Of a stretch of DNA of 64,000 nucleotides, positions 49,250-58,647 are shown piece after piece. The position numbers and the translations under genes were made by a program. The notes beneath the pieces were generated by a model that did not search any database, was not told the origin of the DNA, and saw only the letters and a list, made by a program, of their open reading frames with translations. Origin of the DNA: Pseudomonadota bacterium (GTDB taxonomy: Bacteria > Pseudomonadota > Alphaproteobacteria > Sphingomonadales > Sphingomonadaceae). Each line of letters begins with the position of its first letter. Within the stretch, counting starts at the first letter, position 1. The stretch lies in NCBI GenBank assembly GCA_040387665.1, contig JAZKDH010000004.1, positions 1,090-65,089 of the forward strand, in the 5' to 3' direction.

Positions 49250-49740
49250 CAGGCCGAGAAGCTGCCGTATTTGCCGCGGAAGAACAGCATTGGATCGGCA
49301 TCATCGCGGTGCGCCTCCAGCCCGAGCACGCGGCCCAGCACGAACCAGTGGTCGCCCGCTTCGGTCACAGATTCGAGCTTGCACTGGATCGAGACCATCG
49401 CCCCGGTCAGGATTGGCAGATTGTGCGCTGACAATGTGTATTCGACCCCGGCGAACTTGTCCGGCCCGGACACGGAAACCTTGCGGCACAAGTCGGTCTG
49501 GTCGGCAGCGAGGATGTTGACGCAGAACTGTCCAGCCTGTTCGACCGCCGGCCAGCTTGACGAACGCTTGTCGGGCAGGAACCCCACCAGCGGCGGATCG
49601 AGTGAAACCGAGGTGAATGTACCAACTACCAGTCCGCACGGACGGCCATCGGCGTCCATCGCCGTGATTACCGTGACGCCGGTGGGATAGTTGCCCAGCA
49701 CCTGGCGAAACTCGGCCGCTTCGATCTTCATTTCGCTCAT
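49249..49740 (-). CDS. flavin reductase family protein
   Basis: ORF 49249..50442 trimmed to ATG 49740 (MSEMKIEAAEFRQVLGNYPTGVTVITA...), giving 163 aa with an FMN-binding split-barrel pattern. Confidence 0.85.
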   Translation of the reverse strand: MSEMKIEAAEFRQVLGNYPTGVTVITAMDADGRPCGLVVGTFTSVSLDPPLVGFLPDKRSSSWPAVEQAGQFCVNILAADQTDLCRKVSVSGPDKFAGVEYTLSAHNLPILTGAMVSIQCKLESVTEAGDHWFVLGRVLGLEAHRDDADPMLFFRGKYGSFSA

Positions 49741-49899
49741 GCTGCGGGGTCTCCTTTGCAGGGTTTCCCATGCCCAATGGCCTCCGCCGACGCAACCGGC
49801 ATATTGGGCAGCGCGCAACGTGGCCGGCCACGCAAGCTCGCTTGCGAGAGAGGGCAAGGCGGTGCACGATCTGCGGGCGGACACGAGAGGACAACCGAA

Positions 49900-50436
49900 A
49901 TGGCAGTACCGGCACGGTTCAGATTCGGCCTGCTGGTGCTGGCCGCGGCGGCAATGCCAGCCCTGCACGCCTGCTCGCGCAGCGACGAGGATGAGCCGGC
50001 CGGCGAAGAGGTTGCCGGCCCGCCCGCGAACCGGGAACCGGCTTCCCCCCTTCCTTCCGCCCCCGCTTCCCCGGCGGCCGCATCGCCATCGCCCGCCCCG
50101 CAGCCCGCCCTGCAGCCCGGTTCGCTTCCGGCGGTGCTGCGGGGACGCTGGGGCCTTGTGCCGGCGGACTGCACATCGACCCACGGCGACGCAAAGGGCC
50201 TGATGGAAGTTGGCGCGCGAACGCTGACGTTCTACGAATCGCGCGCGACGCTCCAGTCGGTCCAGACCGCGCGGCCCGACCAGCTGCGCGGGCGCTTCGC
50301 GTTCAGCGGCGAAGGGCAGGAGTGGACGCTGGAGGTGGAACTGCGATCGTGGAACGAAGGCGCGCAGCTGATCCGCAAGGATCGCGGACCGGATGCGCTG
50401 CCCGGCCCGCTGACGTACACGCGGTGCGGAGGATAG
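49900..50436 (+). CDS. hypothetical lipoprotein with Pro/Ala-rich linker
   Basis: ORF trimmed to ATG 49900 (MAVPARFRFGLLVLAAAAMPALHAC...). A lipobox-like LHAC, then a PA-rich low-complexity linker, then a roughly 95-aa globular part with two Cys. No family recognised. Confidence 0.5.
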   Translation: MAVPARFRFGLLVLAAAAMPALHACSRSDEDEPAGEEVAGPPANREPASPLPSAPASPAAASPSPAPQPALQPGSLPAVLRGRWGLVPADCTSTHGDAKGLMEVGARTLTFYESRATLQSVQTARPDQLRGRFAFSGEGQEWTLEVELRSWNEGAQLIRKDRGPDALPGPLTYTRCGG

Positions 50437-50528
50437 CTGCACCGGACCTGGCCAACTCCCAAAACATTCGTTCCCAATCTTTGCGTTTCGTTATACTTGT
50501 AGACTGGAGCCGAAATGGGGGAAAGTGC

Positions 50529-52487
50529 GTGGGGCTGGGGACATTATTGGGGCGTATCTGTCTGATCATTACAGTTTTTCTGTGTCCGGCAGCGGCTTTT
50601 GCCGCAGCGCCGGCGCTGGCGGTCTATGGCAATCTTCCTGGATTTGAGCAGGCGGCCATCTCGCCTTCGGGTGATCAGGTTGCAGTGATCGCCACGGTCT
50701 TGGAGAAACGGTCGCTGTTGATCATGGACCATAAAGGTCGGCTGGTGCACGCAATGGGCGTTGGCGACCAGAAGGTGCGCGGGCTGTTCTGGGCCGGGAA
50801 CGGGATGGTGCTGGCCGAGGTGTCCAAAACAGTAGCCCTTGGCATTGGCTTCCTGGCTGACAAAACCGAACTCCAAACGATCGTTGTCGTTCCCGTCGAC
50901 GGTACCAAGCCATGGTTTATATTCGACAATTACTCCGTCGTGCAGGGCGGCGTGCGCGGGTTTTATGGAGTGCGGGAGCGGGGCGGCCGCTGGTACGGAT
51001 ATTTCAGCGGCATAACCTTGGATTCACAAGGAAAAACTGGCCATACTTTGGTCAGCACCAAACCGGTCCTGTACGAAGTCGATCTGCAGGAGCGCAAGTA
51101 TCGCCGGATTGGGGGCCGCCCTGAATCTGACAATCTGACGCGCAACTGGCTGGTTGGCCCAGACGGAAATGTCGCGGTGACCTTCGATCTGAATTATACC
51201 AGTGGCGCGTGGTCGATGCGGAACAGCGATGGCCAGCGATTTGCGACCGGGTCGGCCCCGTTGGGCGATGTGGATCTGATAGGTTTCGGAATGACTCCGG
51301 GGAGCGTCGTCTACCAGGACCTGGACGCCGAGGATGGAAACCCGCGATGGACGCAAGTGCCCTTGGCGGGAGGACCGTCGAACGAGATATTGCAGAATGA
51401 CTATATTGACGACGCGATCTTCGACAATCGCACGAATCAACTGATCGGATTCTCGCGGGAGGGCGATACGCCCTCGTATCAGTTCTTCGACGCGTACCGG
51501 AACAAGGTGATGGCCGCCGCGCAGAAAGCATTTCCCGGCGTCAGCGTGTATCTGGTCGACTCGAACGACACGTTCGACCGGCTGGTGGTGAAGACCAGCG
51601 GGGTCGGCGATCCGGGGACGTGGTGGTGGGTCGACATCAAGTCCGGCACTGCCAATGTGCTGGGCTCTGCCTATCAGATCGCGGACGCCGACGTCGCACC
51701 GATGCGGGTGATCCGCTACAAGGCCGGAGACGGGATCGACATTGCGGCCGTGCTTACCCTGCCTCCCGGGCGTCCGGCCAAGAACCTGCCCATCGTCGTG
51801 TTCCCGCACGGCGGACCCTCTTCCCGGGACTACCCCAACTTTGACTGGTGGGCGCAAGCTTTCGCCGTGCGCGGCTATGCCGTGTTGCAGCCGAATTTTC
51901 GTGGGTCCACCGGATACGGCGTGGACTTTCAGCGCGCCGGCCACGGCGAATGGGGGCGCAAGATGCAGACGGACATGTCCGATGGGCTGGCGCACCTGGT
52001 CAAGGAAGGGATCGCCGATCCGAAACGGGCGTGCATCATGGGGGCGAGTTATGGGGGGTATGCGGCGCTGGCCGGCGTGACGCTGCAGCACGGCGTCTAT
52101 CGGTGTGCCGTTTCAGTCGCCGGGATCAGCGATGTGCAAAAAATGGTTCGCCTGGACATCGCCGAAAGCGGCGAAAACCCCATGGTGCGGCGGGCGCTGA
52201 ACTTCGAGCTGGGGGCCGGCAAGGACCTGAAGGCGGTTTCGCCGATCAGGTTCGTCGATACGGTCAATGCACCGGTGCTGCTTATTCACGGCAAGGATGA
52301 CACCGTGGTGCTGTTCGATCAGAGCAACGACATGGCTGTCGCATTGCGCAAGGCCGGCAAGCCGGTCGAATTCGTGACGCTGCCCGGCGAGGATCACTGG
52401 CTATCGAAAAGTGAAACCCGGATGGCGATGTTGCAGGCGGCAACGGCATTCGTGGAGAAGCACAACCCTCCGGACCCGGCGAAGTAG
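50529..52487 (+). CDS. S9 family serine peptidase (prolyl oligopeptidase / dipeptidyl aminopeptidase-like)
   Basis: Signal peptide, then a beta-propeller-like N-domain. Catalytic triad context GASYGGY, HGKDDTVV and GEDHWL. The start is inferred as GTG 50529. Confidence 0.85.
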   Translation: MGLGTLLGRICLIITVFLCPAAAFAAAPALAVYGNLPGFEQAAISPSGDQVAVIATVLEKRSLLIMDHKGRLVHAMGVGDQKVRGLFWAGNGMVLAEVSKTVALGIGFLADKTELQTIVVVPVDGTKPWFIFDNYSVVQGGVRGFYGVRERGGRWYGYFSGITLDSQGKTGHTLVSTKPVLYEVDLQERKYRRIGGRPESDNLTRNWLVGPDGNVAVTFDLNYTSGAWSMRNSDGQRFATGSAPLGDVDLIGFGMTPGSVVYQDLDAEDGNPRWTQVPLAGGPSNEILQNDYIDDAIFDNRTNQLIGFSREGDTPSYQFFDAYRNKVMAAAQKAFPGVSVYLVDSNDTFDRLVVKTSGVGDPGTWWWVDIKSGTANVLGSAYQIADADVAPMRVIRYKAGDGIDIAAVLTLPPGRPAKNLPIVVFPHGGPSSRDYPNFDWWAQAFAVRGYAVLQPNFRGSTGYGVDFQRAGHGEWGRKMQTDMSDGLAHLVKEGIADPKRACIMGASYGGYAALAGVTLQHGVYRCAVSVAGISDVQKMVRLDIAESGENPMVRRALNFELGAGKDLKAVSPIRFVDTVNAPVLLIHGKDDTVVLFDQSNDMAVALRKAGKPVEFVTLPGEDHWLSKSETRMAMLQAATAFVEKHNPPDPAK

Positions 52488-52556
52488 CGGGGCGGGGCGG
52501 GCGGCGGCGGCTGCGCGTGGCCTGACGGTCGCCGCGCACAACCGCCGCGGCTGTGG

Positions 52557-53390
52557 TTAGCCGCGCCGGAACACCAGCATGTGATCGACGTCCTTTGGCC
52601 CGTTCAGCAGATCGTCGCGCGTGATCGGCTCGATCTGGCCGGTGAAACGGATGATTTCGAGCGAAAAACCGCAGCCGAGGATCGCTTCGAGGAAGCCGCC
52701 CGGATCAGACAGCCGCCCGACCGTGAATTCCATGAAGATGGTCAGCGCCCGGCCCCGGTCGAGCAGGCCGGTCATTCCTTGCCACACTTCCGGCTCGAAG
52801 CCTTCCACGTCCATCTTGATGAATTCCACGTCCTGCGCATGCGCAATCCGGTCGAATCGTTCCAGCCGGACCGCGCCGCCGCCGGCTCCGCGCTGGCTGT
52901 CGATCATCCGGCCGCCGCCTTGCTGATCGATGCGGATGTCCATGTCGGCGGTGCCGGATTCGCGGCCAAGCGCAAGTTCATGGAAATCGGTAAACGGGGC
53001 GAAGCCGTTGACTTCGATGCTCTTGCGTAGCAGCCCGCCCAGGTTGGGGTTGGGCTCGAACGCAAGCACGCGGCCCTCCGGCCCGGTCAGATCGGCCAGC
53101 AGCAGGGTAAAGTAGCCAAGGTTGGCCCCGATATCGGCGACGACCGAGCCGCGCCGGACACAGCGCATCATCGCCGTGGTCACCCACAGTTCCCAGAACC
53201 CTTCCAGCATCAGATGGCTGGCGATGCCGATATCGCGCGTGTCGACGTACATCTTGTAGCGGCCCAGAATCCGGCACAGCGCCTCGTGCTGGCCAAGGTA
53301 GGCGGTCTGCGTCAATCCGCGGATTTCGGCTTCCACCTCGGATCGCGGAAAGCTCAGCATGCGCCAGATGTCGTACAGGGGTCGCTTCAT
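52557..53390 (-). CDS. FkbM family methyltransferase
   Basis: SAM-binding motif VADIGANLGYF and an FkbM-type C-terminal half. Confidence 0.8.
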   Translation of the reverse strand: MKRPLYDIWRMLSFPRSEVEAEIRGLTQTAYLGQHEALCRILGRYKMYVDTRDIGIASHLMLEGFWELWVTTAMMRCVRRGSVVADIGANLGYFTLLLADLTGPEGRVLAFEPNPNLGGLLRKSIEVNGFAPFTDFHELALGRESGTADMDIRIDQQGGGRMIDSQRGAGGGAVRLERFDRIAHAQDVEFIKMDVEGFEPEVWQGMTGLLDRGRALTIFMEFTVGRLSDPGGFLEAILGCGFSLEIIRFTGQIEPITRDDLLNGPKDVDHMLVFRRG

Positions 53391-53426
53391 TTCAGGTCCT
53401 TCTCACCGCGCGGAGCGCTGTGCCGG

Positions 53427-54557
53427 TCAACGGTTTGACAGAAAATCGATCGTGACGACCGGTGCCGTCACCAGGTTCAGCAACTGGATGAACTTGCCCA
53501 GCTGGTTGTTCTGCGCGTTCGAAATCAGCATCACGTCCTTTTCGCGCATTTCAAAGCGCTGCGCGGCGAAGTAGCTGGCCGGATCGAGCAGGTTCATCCG
53601 GTAGACCACCGGCTTTGCCACCTGCACGCCGTTGCGCTCGCCGCGTTCGTACCGGAAGATGAACACGCCGCGGGCGTCGGCTTTGTCGTCCAGCGCACCG
53701 CCCGCGCGGGCGAGCGCCTCGCTGAGAGTAAGCTGCGCGCTGTCGAACGGGATTTCCGACACCGATCGCGCCGCCCCGAGCACCGTGAGGCTGCGCGTGG
53801 CGCGGGTCAGCTCTATCCGGTCCCCCGGCGCCAGGACGACGTTTTCCGGGCTGGTAGGCGATATCGCGTCCAGCCGCACCTCGCCGCTGGCGGCCCCCCG
53901 AGTCAGGCGGACGACGGTATCGGCCTTGCGTGCGACCGGCCCGCCGGAAAGGGCGACGGCATCGAGCAGCCGTTCACGCGCGGGGGTGAGCACCAGCCGT
54001 CCGGCGCGCGCCACGTCTCCGGCCATGACTACACCGCGCAAGGGACCCGGTTCGACGTTGACCAGAACCTGGGCGAACTGGCTCTTGCCGCGCAGCCGCT
54101 GTTCCAGCGTGCGGGCAACGTCGGCCGCCTCCATGCCCGCAACGCTGAACGCGCCGACATAGGGAAAGCGCAGGAAGCCATCGTCTGGCACCACGATTGG
54201 CGGAAATGCGCGGGTCGACCCGCCGGAGCCCGCCGGGGCCAGGCCGCCGCGTTCGCCGCCATCGCCGCCGGTCCCGCCGGAAAACAGCGCATAGCCGGTT
54301 TCGTAAACCGTCACGATTACCCGGTCCCCCGGTCGGATCGCATCGTTCACCCCGCCGGCATCGCCGATCATCCAGGGCAGCAGCGTCCGCTGCAGCGCCG
54401 CCTCGCCCGAGACCGTTTCCGGGCGGATTTCGACCACCGCCACGCCGCTGTCCTTGAGCGGGTTCATCACCTGACCCACTGTCGGGCTGGCAGACGGCAG
54501 ACCCGCGCAGCCCGCCAGCGGCAGGGCGAGCGCGATCAACAGCGCCGGGCGGATCAT
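53427..54557 (-). CDS. polysaccharide export outer-membrane lipoprotein (Wza/KpsD-like, Poly_export + SLBB)
   Basis: Lipobox LAGC (MIRPALLIALALPLAGC), and repeated SLBB-like segments with PGD motifs. Confidence 0.83.
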   Translation of the reverse strand: MIRPALLIALALPLAGCAGLPSASPTVGQVMNPLKDSGVAVVEIRPETVSGEAALQRTLLPWMIGDAGGVNDAIRPGDRVIVTVYETGYALFSGGTGGDGGERGGLAPAGSGGSTRAFPPIVVPDDGFLRFPYVGAFSVAGMEAADVARTLEQRLRGKSQFAQVLVNVEPGPLRGVVMAGDVARAGRLVLTPARERLLDAVALSGGPVARKADTVVRLTRGAASGEVRLDAISPTSPENVVLAPGDRIELTRATRSLTVLGAARSVSEIPFDSAQLTLSEALARAGGALDDKADARGVFIFRYERGERNGVQVAKPVVYRMNLLDPASYFAAQRFEMREKDVMLISNAQNNQLGKFIQLLNLVTAPVVTIDFLSNR

Positions 54558-55918
54558 CGGGAAAGCACCGTATCGTACATCCGGGAAAGTCGCTCCTGAT
54601 AGCGGTCCATGGTGAAATGCCGGGCGCGTTCCAGCCCGGCCTGAGACAGGCGGGCGCGCAGATCGGCGTCATCGTCGAGCGCCCGCAATCCAGCCGCGAT
54701 TGCGGCGGTATCATATGGATCAACCGTGATCGCAGCGTCTCCTACAACTTCGGGCAGGGACGATGTATTGCTGGTCAACACCGGCGTTCCCACCATCATC
54801 GCTTCCAGTACCGGCAACCCGAACCCTTCGTAGAGCGAGGGGAATGCGACCGCCCTTGCGCCTTTGACCAGCCGCATCAGCAACTGGCGCGGCAGGTAAT
54901 CGATGCGCCGGATGCTCCGGAAGGTGGCTTTCAGCGGCTGGACCTCGTCCCGCTGCAACAGGCGCAGCTCGGTTTCGCTCCCCCAGGCGCGGGTGCCCAC
55001 GATGACCAGCGGCGTTTTCGTAGCCAGCGACAGATAGGCCTCGATCAGGCGGCCGACATTCTTCTTGGGCTCGATCGCGCCGAAGAACATGAAGTAGCCC
55101 TTGTGCGGCAGATGGAAGATCGACTTCAGCGATGCCTCTACGTCTGCCTCGGTCAGGTCGAGCACGCGCTGCGGCAGCCGGACGGCTTGGAAGGTGTTGG
55201 TGATCTTTTCGGGATCCATCGGGAACTGGCGCAGAATATCGTCGCGGCTGGCCTCTGACACGGTACAGATGTGATCCCCTTTGCGCACGCACGTCCGGAT
55301 CAGCTTGTAGTAGTTGCGCTTGTTGTCCAGGCTGGCAAACGGCAGGCGAAGCGGCACCAGATCGTGGAGCGTATAGATGTTTTTTGCGCCCACCAGCCGC
55401 ACCGGCAACGGATACGTCCAGTGCGCGATCTCGGGCGGATCGGGCAGGCGCACGGGCAGGAACTGGCCGAACCGCTTGAAATGGCGGTGAGCAACCTCGA
55501 ATAGGTCGGACGACGTGAAGATCCGGTCAAACGGCGGCAGCCGGTGCGAAAACTGCTGCGTTTCCACATTGCCACGGACCGGGATTTCTCGGGCGAGCTT
55601 GGGCCGGACCATGAGCGAAAATTCGCGCCACCGCCCGAAATTCCATCGCAGGGGCTTGTCGGGCGTATCGCCGCCGAGCGATTCATAGAACATGATTTCG
55701 CGCAGCTTGCGGTTGAACGGAGCGCGCAGCCCGTAAAGCGCATCGACGCCCAAGTCCATACCCCGGCCGGCCAGCGCCAGGTTGAACCCGTACGTCGCAA
55801 CCCCGGTGCCGCGGGGAAGGGCGAGGTTGAAGCCGTCAATCAGAACTCGGCGATGTTCGGCCACTGTGCCCCCAGTAACGCATGTTCGGGTGAACGTGCC
55901 GGCGAAACCCGGCGGCAT
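54554..55918 (-). CDS. glycosyltransferase, GT4 family
   Basis: C-terminal GT-B motif PSLYEGFGLPVLEAMMVGTPV. The stop overlaps the wza-like start (ATGA). The start is uncertain; a GTG at 55864 is an alternative. Confidence 0.8.
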   Translation of the reverse strand: MPPGFAGTFTRTCVTGGTVAEHRRVLIDGFNLALPRGTGVATYGFNLALAGRGMDLGVDALYGLRAPFNRKLREIMFYESLGGDTPDKPLRWNFGRWREFSLMVRPKLAREIPVRGNVETQQFSHRLPPFDRIFTSSDLFEVAHRHFKRFGQFLPVRLPDPPEIAHWTYPLPVRLVGAKNIYTLHDLVPLRLPFASLDNKRNYYKLIRTCVRKGDHICTVSEASRDDILRQFPMDPEKITNTFQAVRLPQRVLDLTEADVEASLKSIFHLPHKGYFMFFGAIEPKKNVGRLIEAYLSLATKTPLVIVGTRAWGSETELRLLQRDEVQPLKATFRSIRRIDYLPRQLLMRLVKGARAVAFPSLYEGFGLPVLEAMMVGTPVLTSNTSSLPEVVGDAAITVDPYDTAAIAAGLRALDDDADLRARLSQAGLERARHFTMDRYQERLSRMYDTVLSR

Positions 55919-55989
55919 GCGCGTGCCGAAGCCGATGGCGCAGTGCGGCAGCGCTTGGCAAGCGGGAATGGCTTCATTACGACGCGTGC

Positions 55990-56658
55990 ATGATCGTGTT
56001 TGAGGGTGTCTCCAAGAACTACCGCACCCGCAACGGCCGGCGCACCGTGCTTGAGGACGTCAGCTTTTCGCTGGATACCGGGCAGGCGCTGGGGGTTTGC
56101 GGGCACAACGGGGCGGGCAAGTCCACGCTGCTGCGGCTGATCGCCGGGGTTGAGCAGCCCACTGCGGGCCGGATTGCGCGCGACATGACCGTTTCGTGGC
56201 CGATCGGCCTGGCGAGCACATTCCAGTCCAGCCTGTCGGGCGCCGATAACGTGCGCTTCATCGCGCGTATCTATGGCCGCCCGATCGATGAAACCCTGTC
56301 CTTCGTCGAGGATTTCGCGGAGCTCGGCAGTTATATCCGCATGCCGATCCGCACGTATTCGTCGGGCATGATGGCCCGGCTTGCGTTCGCCGCATCGCTG
56401 GCGGTGGATTTCGATTGCTATCTGGTAGACGAGATCACGGCGGTGGGCGATGCGCGGTTTCGCGCCCGCTGCCACGCGGCCCTGCTCGATCGGCGCGACC
56501 GGGGCACCCTGGTGATGGTGTCGCATGATCCGTGGACCTTGCGGGAATACTGCAACGCAGGCGCGGTGATCCAGGGCAGCCGGTTCATCCCCTGCGCCAG
56601 CATCGACGAGGCGATCGAGCTTCATTTCGGCGTTCCCGCTCCGGTCCAGGTGATCTAG
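55990..56658 (+). CDS. kpsT: capsular polysaccharide ABC transporter ATP-binding protein
   Basis: Walker A GHNGAGKST, signature YSSGM, Walker B CYLVDE. About 220 aa, as for KpsT. Confidence 0.87.
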   Translation: MIVFEGVSKNYRTRNGRRTVLEDVSFSLDTGQALGVCGHNGAGKSTLLRLIAGVEQPTAGRIARDMTVSWPIGLASTFQSSLSGADNVRFIARIYGRPIDETLSFVEDFAELGSYIRMPIRTYSSGMMARLAFAASLAVDFDCYLVDEITAVGDARFRARCHAALLDRRDRGTLVMVSHDPWTLREYCNAGAVIQGSRFIPCASIDEAIELHFGVPAPVQVI

Positions 56659-57818
56659 TCCGCCTGATGTTCGCGCACGCCGGCAAGGATCAGCCAGCCT
56701 ATCGCGAACGCCACTGTCAGCCCGATCAGCACAGCCAGGCTGGTCCGCAGCGGAGTGGGCCGGACCGGCTTTTCCGGCAGGTTCGGGGTGACGACCGCCA
56801 CGAAGAACAGGCGCTGCTGCGCCACCCTGGACTTTGCGGCTTCCAGCGCGGCGCGGGCTGTCTCGTACCGTTTCGCCGCGAAGTCCTGGCGCAGTTTCAA
56901 CTCCTCGAAGCTGGCCAGACGGCGCGCCGCGCTGTCTCCGCCGCCGGTCAGCCCGGCCCGCAGCGCGCCCGCTGCGCTTTGCAGGGTCGCCACGCGGCCT
57001 TGTTGGGTGATGACCTGCGGGCTTGACGGCGCAAGTACCTGGCGCATGGCCGCGAGTTCGGCCTGCTGCCGGGCCAGTTCACCTTCAACCTGCTGAACCT
57101 GCGCCCGCCCGCCTTCGCCGCTGCGCTGGGGATCGATATCGCCGGTCACGTCGCGGAACCCGGTCAGCGTCCCCTGGATCCGCACGAGTTCGGCCTCCGC
57201 CCCGGCAAGGTCGGCCTGGGCCACCGCGATGCCGGCAGCGAGTGCGCGCTGGTTGTTGGCGTTGACCTGACCTTCGCCCAGTTCAATCAGCGCGCGCGCC
57301 ACCGCCTGCGCATCACCCGGAGCGAACGCCCGTACGCCAAGGCGCGTGACGCCTTCTTCCTTGTCGTAATCGACGATCACGTGATCGCGGTAGTAATCGA
57401 GCAGCGTTTCGGCTCGGGGACGGGCGAACCGCAAGCGCGAGAAGAAGTCCACATCCGGGCGGTGATACAGCTTCACCACGTCGATCCCGCGCCTTTTCAG
57501 CGCTGCGATCGCATCGGGCGATTGCAGGAAATCGCGCACCGTTCCGGCTTCCGCACCGGCGCTGCTGCCCGCCTGCGTGCCCCCGATCAGTTCGGCCAGC
57601 GCACTGGGCGCGCGGGGCTGGGGCTGCATCCCGCGAATGACGTATTCCGCGTTCGACTGATATTGCGGACTGGCGACGAGGCCTAGGTAGGCCAGCGCCA
57701 GCAGCGTGGGCACCACCACCAGCAGGACATAAGCCCCGCGCCGGGTCTTCAGGAAAGGCCGCGTTTCGTCGCCGGGCTGGGGCGCGGCAACCGGGGTGAG
57801 GGCGGGGGAGAGGTCCAT
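56655..57818 (-). CDS. kpsE: capsule export inner-membrane protein (KpsE / PCP-3 family)
   Basis: ORF trimmed to ATG 57818 (MDLSPALTPV...). N- and C-terminal TM helices flank a long coiled-coil periplasmic domain. Confidence 0.78.
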   Translation of the reverse strand: MDLSPALTPVAAPQPGDETRPFLKTRRGAYVLLVVVPTLLALAYLGLVASPQYQSNAEYVIRGMQPQPRAPSALAELIGGTQAGSSAGAEAGTVRDFLQSPDAIAALKRRGIDVVKLYHRPDVDFFSRLRFARPRAETLLDYYRDHVIVDYDKEEGVTRLGVRAFAPGDAQAVARALIELGEGQVNANNQRALAAGIAVAQADLAGAEAELVRIQGTLTGFRDVTGDIDPQRSGEGGRAQVQQVEGELARQQAELAAMRQVLAPSSPQVITQQGRVATLQSAAGALRAGLTGGGDSAARRLASFEELKLRQDFAAKRYETARAALEAAKSRVAQQRLFFVAVVTPNLPEKPVRPTPLRTSLAVLIGLTVAFAIGWLILAGVREHQAD

Positions 57819-57846
57819 GTCGTTGTTCCGGATCAGGCCAGGGAGG

Positions 57847-58647
57847 TCACGCCAGTTGCACGCGCGGGCGCAGGATGCGCAGCCCGGCAAGCCCGAGCAA
57901 GGTCAGCACCGCGCAGCAGGCAACCGGGTACAGCGCGCCGGCATAGTCGTCTGGATACCCGGCGAACATCCCCTGCCGGATCATTTCGAACATCGGCACC
58001 GTGGGGACCCAGGCAAGCACGTCACGAAGGCCCTCGGGCATCCACAGCATGGTGAAGAAGGCGCCGGACAGCGGCATTGACAGGTACAGCACCGGATGGA
58101 TCAGGCGGCCCGCCATCGGGCTTTCGTGCGCCAGCGTCGTGACGATCATTGACAGCGCGAACGAAAACCATGCCAGCAGGCCGACCGCCCCGGCCATCAG
58201 CAGCAGATCGGGCGGCGCATCGAACAGGTCGAGCACCCACGCTCCGCCCAGCAGCAGTGTGAGCACCAGCGCGGTGCTGGCCGCTTCGAGCAGCGCCCGT
58301 GCGAGCAGCATGTCGAAGATCGTGACGCGGCGATGGTTGAGCAGAGGGCGATTCGCTTCCAGCAGCGTTTCGGCACGGCTGACCATCGAGCGGAACATGA
58401 TGAACAGCGTATAGCCCGCAATCGCGAACGGGATCGACCGGACGCCGCCGGCAATCGGCACGTGCTGGCGCGAATGCAACGCGCCCACCGCCACCGCCAG
58501 CAGCATCGGCTCGGCGAAGATCCACAGGTACCCGATGTTCTCGCGCCCGAACCGGGTGTGCAATTCGCGCATGACCAGCGCGCCTATTACGTTGCCCTGG
58601 ATGCGCAGCGCGTTCAGTTGCGGTTTCGTTCTTGGAGGGTCGTTCAC
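57847..58647 (-). CDS. kpsM: capsular polysaccharide ABC transporter permease (ABC-2 type)
   Basis: GTG 58647. RELHTRFGRENIGYLWIFAEP is the typical KpsM N-terminus, followed by six TM segments. Confidence 0.85.
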   Translation of the reverse strand: MNDPPRTKPQLNALRIQGNVIGALVMRELHTRFGRENIGYLWIFAEPMLLAVAVGALHSRQHVPIAGGVRSIPFAIAGYTLFIMFRSMVSRAETLLEANRPLLNHRRVTIFDMLLARALLEAASTALVLTLLLGGAWVLDLFDAPPDLLLMAGAVGLLAWFSFALSMIVTTLAHESPMAGRLIHPVLYLSMPLSGAFFTMLWMPEGLRDVLAWVPTVPMFEMIRQGMFAGYPDDYAGALYPVACCAVLTLLGLAGLRILRPRVQLA

